The translations under genes were made by a program, and so were the position numbers. The notes under the pieces are model-generated. The model did no database searches and was not told where the DNA came from. It saw only the letters and a program-made list of their open reading frames with translations. Below, piece by piece: positions 1 through 10,974 of a stretch of 31,380 nt of DNA (the first letter of the stretch is position 1; every line of letters starts with the position of its first letter). Source of the stretch: Octopus sinensis (lineage: Eukaryota); the NCBI RefSeq assembly GCF_006345805.1, contig NW_021832301.1, forward strand, positions 1 through 31,380, given 5' to 3'.

Positions 1-150
1 TATTAATCAATGTCCTTTATTAATTTTGTTCAAAATAAGCTTTAGTTTCGTTCAAAGGATGTTTTAATAAACATTATTTATTCAGTTCAAATGAACTTAA
101 TTTAAAAATATAGTTACATAAATTGTACTAAGCATTATTTTGGAGAAAAG

Positions 151-234
151 AGATTTCTAAATTTTTCATCCAATCTTCGCAGTTTAACGGCAAGATTTCT
201 AAATTTTTCATCCAATCTTCGCAGATTAACGTCA
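151..234. repeat. 42-bp tandem duplication
   Basis: agatttctaaatttttcatccaatcttcgcag(t/a)ttaacg(g/t)ca at 151 and at 193. Confidence 0.9.
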
Positions 235-1392
235 ATTACTTCTCCAACTCCAAGCCCAAATAATAATTGGAATACCTGCAGTAATTCCTTTAACTAAACA
301 GAACGAATATCTATCAAATAAAAATGAAAATAATGACTTTAATCATATATATTACTATTTGAAAGTATTTTCTGTCACGTACACGAATTGATAATCCTTC
401 AATGATAATTGATAATGTTCAATTTGTGTATATAATCCTGTCTTTTTCGAATCTATTCACCCTATAACTTTCTGTCGAGTTACGAATTTCAATGAAATGT
501 TAATTATGTAATCCATAGACTAATTACGTATATATCTTGTCATCTATATACTTTACATTATAAGATCAAAGGAAATTTTATTACAGGCTAAGGAAAATGG
601 TTTATAGTCAAAGGGAAATAACTCGTACGTTAGCTACATTCAGAGTTATTTCCCGTAGTAATTGCTGTCGACCTAGCCGGGATGTAATGGCGGACATTTC
701 AAGGCGGGCATTTGTATTTCATGAATTTTATTAAAAAAAAATGTTATCCAGTAGAAAAGATAGATATAATTTGAGACGCAGACGATTCTCTTTGACAACG
801 TAGATAATCGTCTGTTTGTATGTTTTTCTATTGTATAGCCGTTAAGCAAGCGTTTGTACTTAATTTAGTACGAAGGTACCTAAAGTAATGAGAGAAATTC
901 TGACTAATTTTGGTAGAAGAAATGGGTGGAGACAGAAGCGTGATTTTATAATTAATTAAAATATATCAATCAAAACATATCAAATATAAAAAGCAGAGGA
1001 GATGGAGTTTAATTATTAGCAATCCAATGACAACCTTGGGCACCTTTTGGTTGTACTAGACCTGATCTGTGAATCACAGAGTAACTGTGAGTACCAAAAT
1101 CATGGTGTGAGTAAATGAATGTAGGATTTTCTTTGGTGAACACGAAATAATATAAAAACATAAAGGACTAGGGAAGTAACCTGTTACATAGAAGTTAGAT
1201 AGTAAAATTGATGAGTGCTAACAATATTTCTGTAGTGAATTAATTAGAGTTACATCGTTTCTAGTAAGAATAATCAAAGAAATATCTAAATGACTAATTG
1301 TGCTTAAAATATCTAGTGGAGTTTTAAAATAAAACAAAACAATTATAATGATGGTGTCTACCCACTAAATGGATTATAAAAACGAACTAAAC

Positions 1393-1530
1393 AGGTGTTG
1401 CAAGAAGTTTGCTTCCTGGTTCAGTCCCACTGTGTGACACCTTGGGCAAGTGTCTTCTACTATAGTCTTAGGCTAACCAAGGCTACGTGTGTGGATTTGG
1501 TAGATGGAAACCGAAAGAAACCCATCAGTC
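1393..1530 (+). mobile_element. tRNA-derived SINE family 1, head fragment
   Basis: ggttcagtcccactgtgtgacaccttgggcaagtgtcttctactatag...ggatttggtagatggaaaccgaaagaa, homologous to 5804-5950. Confidence 0.8.
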
Positions 1531-2236
1531 ATATGTATATATATATATATAAAAATTAACAGAATGAGATAAAAAATCCAAGGTTTCCGGGATATTTTAT
1601 ATATATCACTTCATCAGAGACAGTGTGAGAAAATGTTTAAGTAATAGTTATTATAGAGAAGATATGAAATACAGAGCGAAGTGGAGGAATGAAAACAGAC
1701 ATGAGATATGAATGGATATTGTATCTGCAGTTCCATTATTTAAGCAGAATGGTATGCAGAAGATGGATTTGGCATTAGTCTTTATTGAGTATGATGATCA
1801 TATCGACCCCGCTCCTGTGACTGTCCTTTATGAGTGGGATGTTGCACATCCAGTTGTATTGCATCAATCAGTGCAGTCTGGGTCACATAAGGTACATACA
1901 TACATAAAGTGGTGTCCTATTGAATATACTGAGTTCTCACAGTCATGTTGTTTGCCTGCTGTACCATTCACTTGTACCCTAACCATGGTAGCCCAAACTG
2001 TGAATGTGCTTTACTCAACACACTGATGGACATATACCTATTGGTCCAAAAAAATTACACATACACACATACATACATATATTTATACATACGTGATAGA
2101 TTATTTATCAAACTGTTATTGAATTTTGTCAGTTGTATTTAAGTCAAATAATCTTTTCTGTTTAACTCCCACTATTATTGTGAGATGTATGGCTTAAAGG
2201 TTAAGGTGTTGTTCCCTATATATTATTATTGTTCTT

Positions 2237-2305
<69 letters not shown>

Positions 2306-2460
2306 TGCAACATCTTAATCATTAAGTTATACATCTCACAATATTAGTGGGAGTTAAACAAAAAGGAATATTTGACTTAGATACAACTGACAAAATTTAA
2401 TAACTGTTTGATAAATAATTTATCAAATAAAAATAATTCTGATCCACTCAGTATAAAATA

Positions 2461-2634
2461 TTCCTTTCTTTTGTTGGCATAAGGTCTGAAGTTTTAGTAG
2501 AGGAGACTAGTTGATTACATCAACCCCAGTACCTAACTGGTACTTATTTCATTGAACCTGATAAGATGTAAAGCAAAGTAGACCCCTCTAAACATTTTCT
2601 CCAGACTGTTAATGATTCTGCCATCTTGCCACCG
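2461..2634 (-). mobile_element. SINE family 2 copy, reverse orientation, internally deleted
   Basis: Reverse complement aligns with 4948-5166 (ggcagaatcattaac...gtctactttgctttacatc...aaataagtaccag...tggggttgatgtaatcaactagtc...gaaagga). Confidence 0.75.
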
Positions 2635-3179
2635 TACTTCAGTGTAAAATATTAATCATGATTTAAAATAATTGAATAGGAATCCATGTGAAGATTTTGG
2701 TAGAGAAGATGTTATGTTATTGTTTAGGATTACTGAGCTGTAATAGGTGTATAATTAAAAAGTGGTGGTTGTAGTTATAATAATCGCAGTGAAAGCTGTG
2801 GTGGTAGTAATGATTGAAATGAAGGTTGTGATATTAAGGATGATTTTACTGATATTGGTAGGTGTTGTAGCAGCGATGGTGATGATATTCAGCCCCAAGT
2901 TAGCCCTGTAGTTGACCTATGAATCAAAAGTGTTCCAGCCGTGACTGTCCCATTTTTTTCATATGTACATCATCCAGTGTATCTTTTTCTGAGATGGAGA
3001 GATTTGATTTAAGGGAAAATTGCCTGCTATTTCTTGGAGGCTGCCTCTTTACCTGATAGTATTAGAGATGGGTATGTTCAGTGTAAAGAGAGTACCTATC
3101 TTTTATTTTATTGTAGTTTTTGTTGCTATTGTTGTTGTTGATGTTTATTCACAAATCTGTTATTCACGGTATTTTTCAG

Positions 3180-3503
3180 AGCTATTTGAATTGTTCAAGT
3201 ATAGATATTACCGGTTTGCGAGACCCTCGACTTCATGAAAGTACCAAGATCTCCGCTCTCTATAACCTTGGCAGAATGTATGCAGATCAACAGAAATATC
3301 AGTTGGCTATTGAGACCTATAATAAAGCTATTCAAAGAGCACCCAGTTATTATGGATTGCAAAGTATTTACAATATGTTAGGAGAAGCTTACATGAAATC
3401 TGATGATGAGGCCAAAGCAGAATTCTGGTACCAGGAAGCATTGCGTGTGAAGCCTGACCATTTACCAGCTCACATCACAATGGCTAAACTGCTGTCCAGA
3501 AGA
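3180..3503 (+). CDS. TMTC2: TMTC2-like TPR protein, internal coding exon A (108 codons, phase 0/0); upstream exons lie outside the window
   Basis: Acceptor tttttcag|A at 3178-3179 and donor AGA|gtaagt at 3504. Translation SYLNCSSIDITGLRDPRLHESTKISALYNLGRMYADQQKYQLAIETYNKAIQRAPSYYGLQSIYNMLGEAYMK...EALRVKPDHLPAHITMAKLL follows the TMTC2 C-terminal TPRs as I recall them (LKDP.AH....S.LYNLG, QSLYNMMGEAYM, DHIPAHLTYGKLL). Confidence 0.9.
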
Positions 3504-3654
3504 GTAAGTATAAACTGATTTTTTTTTTTTTAATCTATTACCTTCTGCCTTTCATTGTTTTCCTGTGACTCTATTTTATGTCCTCTTTCTTCTCTTCTTG
3601 ATTGATGCATGTGCCTATATGAGAAACAACATCACTATTATTATTAGTGGCTGC

Positions 3655-4210
3655 ATAGACGTAGGTGTGGATGTGTGATTGAGAAACTTGCTTCCCTACC
3701 ATGTGGTCTTCGATTCTGTCCTACTGCATGGCACCATGAGTAAATCTCTTCTACTGCTGCCCCAGGCCAAGCAAGGAAAGGCAAAGGCCAATACCACTTG
3801 GCACCAGTGACGTAGTTACTCATTTCTACTGCTGGGTGAACTGGAGCCACATGAAATAAAGTGTCTTGCTCAAGAACATAAAACATTGCCCGTTCCAGGA
3901 ACTGAAGTCACTAATTAATAATTGTGAACCCAACTCTCTAACCACTAAGTCACATGCATGTAATGTATATGTATGTATAAACATGTGCATGTGAGTGTTT
4001 GTGTCTCCTTATCATCACCTCGCATGATTGTAGTAAATGAACGTCATTCATTTCCAATATTCTGTGGAAACCTGTCTGGCAATGGAGAAATACTACCTTA
4101 CATAGGAACAAGTAAAGGTTGGCAATAGGAACAGCATTATTAAAATGTAGATCTGCCTCAACAAACTGTTTCATCCATGCAAGCATGGAAAAGTAGATGT
4201 TAAAATGATT
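3655..4210. mobile_element. Cluster of degenerate SINE fragments: family 1 head (+), a tRNA-headed SINE (-, ~3810-3958), and a family 3 tail (+)
   Basis: Similar to 5804-5900; reverse of tcttgagcaaaacactttatttc at 6264; catccatgcaagcatggaaaagtagatgttaaaatg tail shared with 7705-7745. Confidence 0.6.
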
Positions 4211-4409
4211 GACTAAACCATTAGAGAATTGGATGAACTGCCCTCTGGTGTTTTGGCAAAGCTCTTTGTATTCTCAGTCCAAATCTTGCCTAGGTAAACT
4301 TTGCCTGTTGTCCATTTGAGCTTGATCAGATAAAATATTAGTCGGGTAATAAAGTTGATTAAATCAACTAACCCAAATCTCCGTCTAAATTTTAGTCCTT
4401 GCGTTAGTA

Positions 4410-4625
4410 GATTAGCAGAATCATTAGAGAGGCAGAAAAATACCGCTTCATATTTGCTCCAATTCTTTACATTCTATGTTCAAATCTAACTGAGGTCAAC
4501 TTTGACTTTCCTCTCTCCGGGACTGATGATATAAAGTACCAGTCAAGTACTGGAGTTGATGATATAGACTAAACCCTCACCTCTCAAAATTACTAACCTT
4601 GTGCTTACATCAGAAGTTCTTCTTA
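4410..4625 (+). mobile_element. SINE family 2 copy
   Basis: gcagaatcattag...gttcaaatct...gaggtcaactttgactttc...aagtaccagtcaagtactggagttgatg; homologous to 4948-5166 and 9020-9230. Confidence 0.7.
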
Positions 4626-4688
4626 TTATTGTTGCTTTGTTCATTTTCTTTATTCTGTTCTATATATTTTCAATTCTATTCCAAACAG

Positions 4689-4770
4689 AACCAACCAGAT
4701 AAAGCTGAAAAATGGTACTTAAAAGCAATGGCTCTTGATTCCACGTACAAAACTGCTCACCAGCATTACA
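4689..4770 (+). CDS. TMTC2: TMTC2-like exon B (82 nt, phase 0/1)
   Basis: Polypyrimidine tract plus aaacag|AAC acceptor; encodes NQPDKAEKWYLKAMALDSTYKTAHQHY; donor A|gtaaat at 4771; in frame with exons A and C. Confidence 0.88.
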
Positions 4771-4947
4771 GTAAATATTTGTTGAATTATTCTGCTGCTG
4801 CTGCTTCAGCTACTACTACTACTACTACAACTACTACTACTTTCATTATCATATTTTGTTAAGAATTAAATATTATTCACAGCAGTGAATCGACTCATCC
4901 CCTTTCCCCAAATTGCTGCCCTTGTGGCAAAATTTGAAATCATTATA

Positions 4948-5166
4948 AGGTGATAAGCTGACAGAATTGTTAGCACACTAGACGAAATGTTTAGAAGTAT
5001 TTTGCTACGTTCTGAGTTCAAATTCCACTGAGGTCAACTTTGCCTTTCATCCTTTGAGGGTCGATAAATTAAGTATCAGTGAAACACTGGGGTCGATGAT
5101 GTAATTGACTAGTCCCCGCCCCCAAATTTCAGGCCTTGTGCCTTTAGTAGAAAGGATTATTATTAT
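4948..5166 (+). mobile_element. SINE family 2, near full length (tRNA-like head, conserved central block, (TAT)n tail)
   Basis: B-box-like gagttcaaattcc; central gaggtcaactttgcctttcatcctttgagggtcgataaattaagtatcag; ends aaaggattattattat. Several copies in the window. Confidence 0.8.
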
Positions 5167-5216
5167 GTTTTGCTTTGTAATTTTACACTAAGGGTGTAAT
5201 TCCTTTTACTTTTCAG

Positions 5217-5331
5217 CCCAGTTTCTGGGTGAATCTGGCCGGCATGCAGACCCAGTTCTTATCTACAAACAGGTGCTTGAAACAAATAGTGATGACTTTG
5301 AACATGTCTTTAATACAGCCAATGCTATGAG
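5217..5331 (+). CDS. TMTC2: TMTC2-like exon C (115 nt, phase 1/2); not in the ORF track
   Basis: Acceptor ttttcag|CC; encodes (T)QFLGESGRHADPVLIYKQVLETNSDDFEHVFNTANAM(R), comparable to TMTC2 GQFL...EFDVVFNAAHMLR; donor AG|gtaggt at 5332. Confidence 0.88.
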
Positions 5332-5803
5332 GTAGGTGGATAACTCTTTTGATGGTATCAACGTAATACCAATTAATTGATATCTTCCCTTTTTCTTTTA
5401 GAATATGCAGTGCCATCATAAAGTATAGATGCACTGGGCAGTTGCCTAGAAGCTTCATGGGTCTAGGGGCTCAAATCTGATCTATGTATGGGTTGGCTTG
5501 CTGTCAATGAATAGAATATATAGGGTCCAGTGCAGTGATTTGCCTGGGGCCTCATGGGTCTTGGAGCTCTGTTTGGATCTACATATGCTGTGGCTTACTG
5601 TCAGTAAATACTCTAGGGTCCAGTGCCTTCATTTGCCAGGGTGTCTGTAATGCTACTAAGAAGGCTCTAATACTTACATATATGTGTGTGTGTGCATTTG
5701 ATCCATATTATATGTGTGTGTGTAGCATGGAAAACGAACGTCAAATGATGGTGATGATGATGCTGATGATATATATGTGTGTGTGTGTGTGTATACACAA
5801 ATA

Positions 5804-6195
5804 CATGGCTGTGTGGTAAGTAGCTTGCTAACCAGCCACATGGTTCTGGGTTCAGTCCCACTGCGTGGCATCTTGGGCAAATGTCTTCTGCTATAGCCTC
5901 GGGCCGACCAATGCCTTGTGAGTGGATTTGGTAGATGGAAACTGAAAGAAGCCTGTCGTATATGTGTATGTATATGTTTGTGTGTCTGTGTTTGTCCCTC
6001 TAGCATTGCTTGACAACCGATGCTGGTGTGTTTACGTCCCCGTCACTTAGCGGTTTGGCAAAAGAGACCGATAGAATAAGTACTGGGCTTACAAAGAATA
6101 AGTCCCGGGGTCGATTTGCTCGACTAGAGGCGGTGCTCCAGCATGGCCGCAGTCAAATGACTGAAACAAGTAAAAGAGTAAAAGAGAGTAAAGAG
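5804..6195 (+). mobile_element. tRNA-derived SINE family 1, full length
   Basis: A-box-like tggctgtgtgg and B-box-like ggttcagtccc, internal (TG/TA) tract, 3' tail aagtaaaagagtaaaagag; closely similar copy at 24769-25085. Confidence 0.88.
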
Positions 6196-6480
6196 ATGTA
6201 TATATAATTTTTGGCATCTACTACACAGACCCTCTCTCTCTCACACACACGCACACACATCACTCTTGAGCAAAACACTTTATTTCAAATTGCTCCAGTC
6301 CCCGCTTTCGATCAAGTGGGGAATGTTGGCCTGCTCGTCTAGCCAGCTGGGTGGCATTATTCGAAGACTAAAACAATGCAAAGTGCCTTGTGACTAGCAG
6401 TGTGTAACAACATCTGATAATTTTGTAGGTCATGTGATCACAATATATATATATATATATGTGTGTGTGTATAATGCCTC

Positions 6481-6627
6481 TCCTCCAGTTTATATCTACC
6501 AAATTTATTCACAAACCATACTACATCCCTGTGCAATACTACAAAATACTTGCTCAAAGTGCCATGCAGTGGGACTGAACCCAGTGTCACCCAGTTTCAA
6601 AGCAATCTTCTTAACCACACATCCATG
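6481..6627 (-). mobile_element. SINE family 1 head, reverse orientation
   Basis: Reverse complement catggatgtgtggttaag...gggttcagtcccactgcatggcactttgagcaagt...tttggtagatataaactgg. Confidence 0.8.
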
Positions 6628-6701
6628 TTTTTGTTTTGTTCATAATATGAGATTAGCAGCCTAAAGCATACATCTTAAATATCAATGTTTTTCCTTTCCA
6701 G

Positions 6702-6765
6702 ACAATCTGGTAACTACACTGAAGCTGAAGATTTTTACCAAAGGGCTGCACTGCTGAATCCTCAA
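6702..6765 (+). CDS. TMTC2: TMTC2-like exon D (64 nt, phase 2/0)
   Basis: Acceptor cctttccag|A; encodes (R)QSGNYTEAEDFYQRAALLNPQ; donor CAA|gtaagg at 6766. Confidence 0.88.
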
Positions 6766-7074
6766 GTAAGGAACTGTTTAGTCCTTCTTTCATTTGGGAA
6801 TTCGGGGATGAATGTTGTTGTTGAGTACCAGCTTGATTCTGCTTTCCAGCTCAACCCTGATCAAATCAAGCAGAGCTTTCATCAACAACATTCTGGTTGT
6901 AACCCTCCTGTCTTTTTCCTATGTTTAGAGAATCTAAGGTTATATTATATACTGTGTTCATAATTATTGCATGGGATAAAAGGGCAGTGAGGTGGCAAAA
7001 TCATTAAGAATCAGATAAAATGCTTAGTAGCATTTTGTCTTAATGCTCTGAGTTCAAATTCCACCAAGGATGGC

Positions 7075-7299
7075 TTCACCTGTAGCATTTCAGATTAGTT
7101 TGTCTAATGTAATGCTTATTTACTGACATTATTTTGAATCAATCATATATTATCTCATAGCTTTGAATTTCAAGGCTGTGATTGTTTATTTTTAAAATAG
7201 CATTGTAGGGTATGTGTGAGAGGCTGGATATGGCTGATTTGAATATAAAAGTGATAGATTATCTTGGTTGGATGGCCACTTCAAATGCTAAAGGATTAA
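7075..7299. mobile_element. piggyBac-type MITE (degenerate TTAA-CCCT termini)
   Basis: Left ttcacctgtagcattt and right aaatgctaaaggattaa are imperfect inverted termini; the right end carries TTAA. Confidence 0.6.
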
Positions 7300-7479
7300 G
7301 TCAACCCATGATCGAAGGTACTCCAGCTGTGACTCACAATTTTTATTGAGGCACATGGTACAATATCCATTATGTTGTCCTGCTTTTTGTTTCTAAAGAT
7401 AGGAGGGTTACCAGCTACATTTAGGAGCTTGAGTGTCTTTGTAGAGGCTATCTTATTAGTCATCTAGATGATTTTTCAA

Positions 7480-7757
7480 AAAGCATCCAGTTCACCTTGT
7501 GAAGTGGCTAGCATTTGTAAGGGTGTCCAGCTGTAAAAGCCATGCCAAAACTTACCTCGTCTGTGCTGGTGCCATGTAAGAAGCACTCAGTTCACTCTGT
7601 GGAGTGGTTGGTGTTAGGAAGGGCATCCAGCCATAAAAATTATGCTAAAACAGATACAGAAGCATGGTGTAGGTCTTCTGCTGGATCAGCTCCTGTCAAA
7701 CTGCCCAACCCATGCCAGCATGGAAGGTGGACGTTAAATGATGATGGTGATGATGAT
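7480..7757 (+). mobile_element. SINE family 3, 3' part with (GAT)n tail
   Basis: gtggttggtgttaggaagggcatccagcc...caacccatgccagcatggaaggtggacgttaaatgatgatg; reverse copies at ~10463-10650 and ~26891-27075. Confidence 0.75.
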
Positions 7758-7864
7758 TTGTCAAATAGTTAGATGCATTCTGCCTCTGCCTATTTTAGCA
7801 CCATACTGTTTACTCTAACATTGAATTGGCTGCAATAAAATTTTAATTTTCTTTTTTTCTACAG

Positions 7865-8047
7865 GTTGCTACAGCTCACATGAACCTTGGTGCCATCTTA
7901 CATCTCAATGGTAAATTAGAAGAAGCAGAGAAGAGCTACAAGGAGGCTTTACGACTGAAACCAAATGATGCCATGACCAAAGATAATCTTGCTAAACTCC
8001 AAAAACTGATGCAGAGTCAAGCAGCTAGAGTGGCTGGTAGGAGCTGA
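7865..8047 (+). CDS. TMTC2: TMTC2-like terminal coding exon E with TGA stop; not in the ORF track
   Basis: Acceptor ttttttctacag|GTT; encodes VATAHMNLGAILHLNGKLEEAEKSYKEALRLKPNDAMTKDNLAKLQKLMQSQAARVAGRS*. MNLGAILHLNG is the last-TPR motif of TMTC1/2. Confidence 0.92.
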   Translation, partial: VATAHMNLGAILHLNGKLEEAEKSYKEALRLKPNDAMTKDNLAKLQKLMQSQAARVAGRS

Positions 8048-8385
8048 CCAACAGCTACAGTGGTTGGTTGGGCTGGTCAGAAAAAAAAAACTGAATACAG
8101 TTTCAAACTTTGATTCAGTAGAAGTGAAAGTGTTCTGAATAGAATTGAAAGTATTTGACTTTATGGAATCAAAGAATCTGAATAATGTTGCAATATTTGA
8201 ATCTATGAAATTAAAAAGGCCTGAATATTGCTGCAAATTTTGACAGATCAAAACAGAAGGATCTAGATGACAAATCACACACTATGATTGTCCAAAAGAG
8301 AGTGAGATTTGGTCACATTCTAATGTGGCCAAATGTAAAGAGACTGAATAGTGACAGCAAGAAGATGAACTGACTATAAGAGAGC

Positions 8386-8391
8386 AATAAA
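8386..8391 (+). promoter_or_regulatory. Candidate polyadenylation signal for TMTC2 (alternatives at 8635-8640 and 9244-9249)
   Basis: First AATAAA downstream of the stop codon. In AT-rich DNA this hexamer is weak evidence. Confidence 0.25.
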
Positions 8392-9019
8392 AGCAATATA
8401 GGTGATATTAGAAGAAAGATGATGATATAGGCTGACCTGAAGTAACAATATAATAGCAATGTTATGTCATATAAAATTATGATTGACCATAGTCATCAGA
8501 ATGACAATAATGAACTAATCTCAACATATGAGTCAGAACGAGAAAAAGAAAACACAGACTGCAGACTGATGATTATTATAAAGATGAGGAAAGCTAGAAT
8601 GACCCTTGTGGTTAATTCGACATAATGATAATAGAATAAATGTTGGCAGTCATGGCTCTTATGGGCAGCATAAGAAGCATGACTACTCATAATGTTTTGA
8701 AAAGTGTAATGATAGATTGACTGTGGTAGTTAAATTGACAATAAGAAATTTCCTAGCCTGATAATTAATATGACAATGACCAGCTGTACTAACCATGAAT
8801 GTTGGAGTGTCAAGAACTTGGGGGAAGAAGACAAGGGGCAGTAGCAGGAAGGCAAGGGACTGATGTAGGGGTTTCAAAACACCCTTTTCATAAAAAAGCT
8901 GCTTTTCATTTATTCAAGACTCTAATATTAGGCTGCATGCTGATAATTCATTGACAAAATGTAATATTTTTACTTACATATTGACTAATTTTAAATATAG
9001 CCAGATAATGTTGCAAATG

Positions 9020-9235
9020 ATGGAGTGACAGAAATGGTAGTCTTGGACTAAATGCCATGCAGTTTTTAGTTTTGTTTCTCTTACACTCTGAGTTCTAATC
9101 CTGCCAAAACTAACTTTGTTTTTCATTCCTCCAGGGTCTATAAAATAGGTACCAGTCTTAAACTGGCACCATTTCAGTCAATGATACACCCTCCTTAACA
9201 AAACTGTGGTCTTGTGCCAATGTAAGATTATATAA
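9020..9235 (+). mobile_element. SINE family 2 copy, degenerate
   Basis: ctgagttctaatcctgcc...aactttgtttttcattcctccagggtctataaaataggtaccag. Confidence 0.65.
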
Positions 9236-9405
9236 TAATATGTAATAAATTTAAAGAAAAAAGTTTACCAAATGCATTTTTTGTCTTCATTTATTATAGT
9301 TAACAGCAAAAAGTAATATTGATATTTAATTATCATTATGAGGAAATGATGATTTGTTTTAATGTTTTATGTTAGATGTTAAAACTTAATTTTCTGTGAT
9401 ATACA

Positions 9406-9602
9406 CAGGGTGGGTCAAAAGTCAAGTACAAAATAAATTCAGTATGTTCAGGAATCGTCAAAGACATGCTGCAATTTTTCTAAAATTGAATAAATTAAAT
9501 AATGATAAATACACATGTACATGATGAAGAAAATGAATAATAATAATGACTTAATATAAATAAGAAGTCAAATGTTTTGGTGCGTGACTTTTGGCCATCC
9601 TG
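9406..9602. mobile_element. Tc1/mariner-type MITE (~197 bp)
   Basis: TIRs cagggtgggtcaaaagtca / tgacttttggccatcctg. TA follows the right end; the left flank is ca rather than ta. Confidence 0.7.
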
Positions 9603-9671
9603 TATATGTATGTGTAGATATATATATATATATATATATGTTTGTGTGTGCTTTAAGTGTACATATATATT

Positions 9672-10010
9672 ACTGGCTTCAGTCATAGGATTGTGGCCAT
9701 GCTGGGGCACTTCCTTCAAGGGTTTAGTTGATCAAATCCATGTCTATACATATTTCAAGTCTGGATTTTCTTTTTTTTTTTCTGAAACAGTTATGAGGAC
9801 AAACAAACCAACGCCAGTTGTCAATACATGAACACAAGACACACATACACATATATCTGATGGGCTTCCTCACAGTTTCTGTCTATGAAATTCATTCATA
9901 AGCCATTGATTGGCATAGTGCTCTATTAGAAGACATTTGCCCAATGTATTGTTCAGCGACACTGATCATGAAATTATTTGGTTGCAAAGAGATCATCTTA
10001 ACCACACATA
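9672..10010 (-). mobile_element. SINE family 1, degenerate reverse copy
   Basis: ttcagtcataggattgtggccatgctggggcac ... cttaaccacac is the reverse complement of the 5804-6170 layout. Confidence 0.7.
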
Positions 10011-10462
10011 CGTATCATCATCATCATCACCACAAATGGTTTTGACATCGACTTTTCCATGAATGCACAGAATTCGTTTAGCAGATTTTCCAGAGTTGAA
10101 TGCCTTTCCTGTCACAGACTCTCATATTTCCAGACAAGGCAGTATTTTCCCTAGTCTTTTAAACATGAACAGCACAATGACCATACATATTTCCACAGAT
10201 CACCTCAAAACTTAATTGGTTGCTCAAAAAAACCCATTACATTTCCATCTGTTCATTACCATATCCCAAACCATATGGCTTGTTTCATATACTCTGTAGA
10301 ATATGTCAAAAACATGGATTTTTTTTATCACTCATGTTTTTTTAATCATGGTATGGAATATGTAAAATAAATTTTACAATTCTGTGGAAAATAATGAAGA
10401 AATGATGATAATGTTAAAATTCCCTAATGAATTTTTATTCAGCAACCAATCAAATATTGCTG

Positions 10463-10890
10463 TCATCGTCATCATCATCATCTTTTAACATCTGTTGTCC
10501 ATACTGGCATGGGTTGGATGGTTTGACAAGGGCTGACATACTGAGGGGCTGCACCAGACTCCAGTCTCATTTGGTATGTTTTCTACAGCTGGATACACTT
10601 CCTAACACCAACCACCCCAGTGGTGTAATGGGTGCTTTTACATGCCACCGGTACGGGTACCAGTTGTGTGACACCAGTATCTGCCATGACTATGATTTCA
10701 CTTGGCTCGATGGGTTTTCTTCTCAAGCACAGCATATTGCAACAGGTTCCAGTCATTTGTTATTACCTCCATGAGTCTCAATGCTCGAAAGGTGCTTTTT
10801 ATATGTCACGGGCACGGATGCCAGTCACGCGACATCAGCATCGGCCACATTGCTTCCGTGAGGTCTAACACTTGAAAGGTGCTTTGAAAT
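10463..10890 (-). mobile_element. SINE family 3, reverse copy, with an internal repeated segment
   Basis: (CAT)n followed by ttttaacatctg...catgggttggatggtttgacaag...ggatacacttcctaacaccaaccac; the motif ggtgcttt recurs at ~10631, ~10791 and ~10878. Confidence 0.7.
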
Positions 10891-10974
10891 GTAAAACTCG
10901 GAGCTACGATTTAAAAAAATTTAGACTTAAATGAAACGAGCGTTAATACAGGATTCTGGTAATGATAATCGGGG

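Noticed and set aside
1712-2026. 104-aa ORF in the TMTC2 intron as an extra exon or nested gene
   Set aside because: No recognisable domain, no TPR or TMTC similarity, and no convincing splice pair.
3120-3518. ORF-track 132-aa ORF as a standalone gene with a hydrophobic leader (likewise 4599-4862 and 6685-6963)
   Set aside because: The N- and C-terminal parts are intron read-through; only the splice-bounded portions are TMTC2 exons.
5804-5875. tRNA gene
   Set aside because: A/B-box-like motifs are present but no complete cloverleaf; it is the head of a multi-copy SINE.
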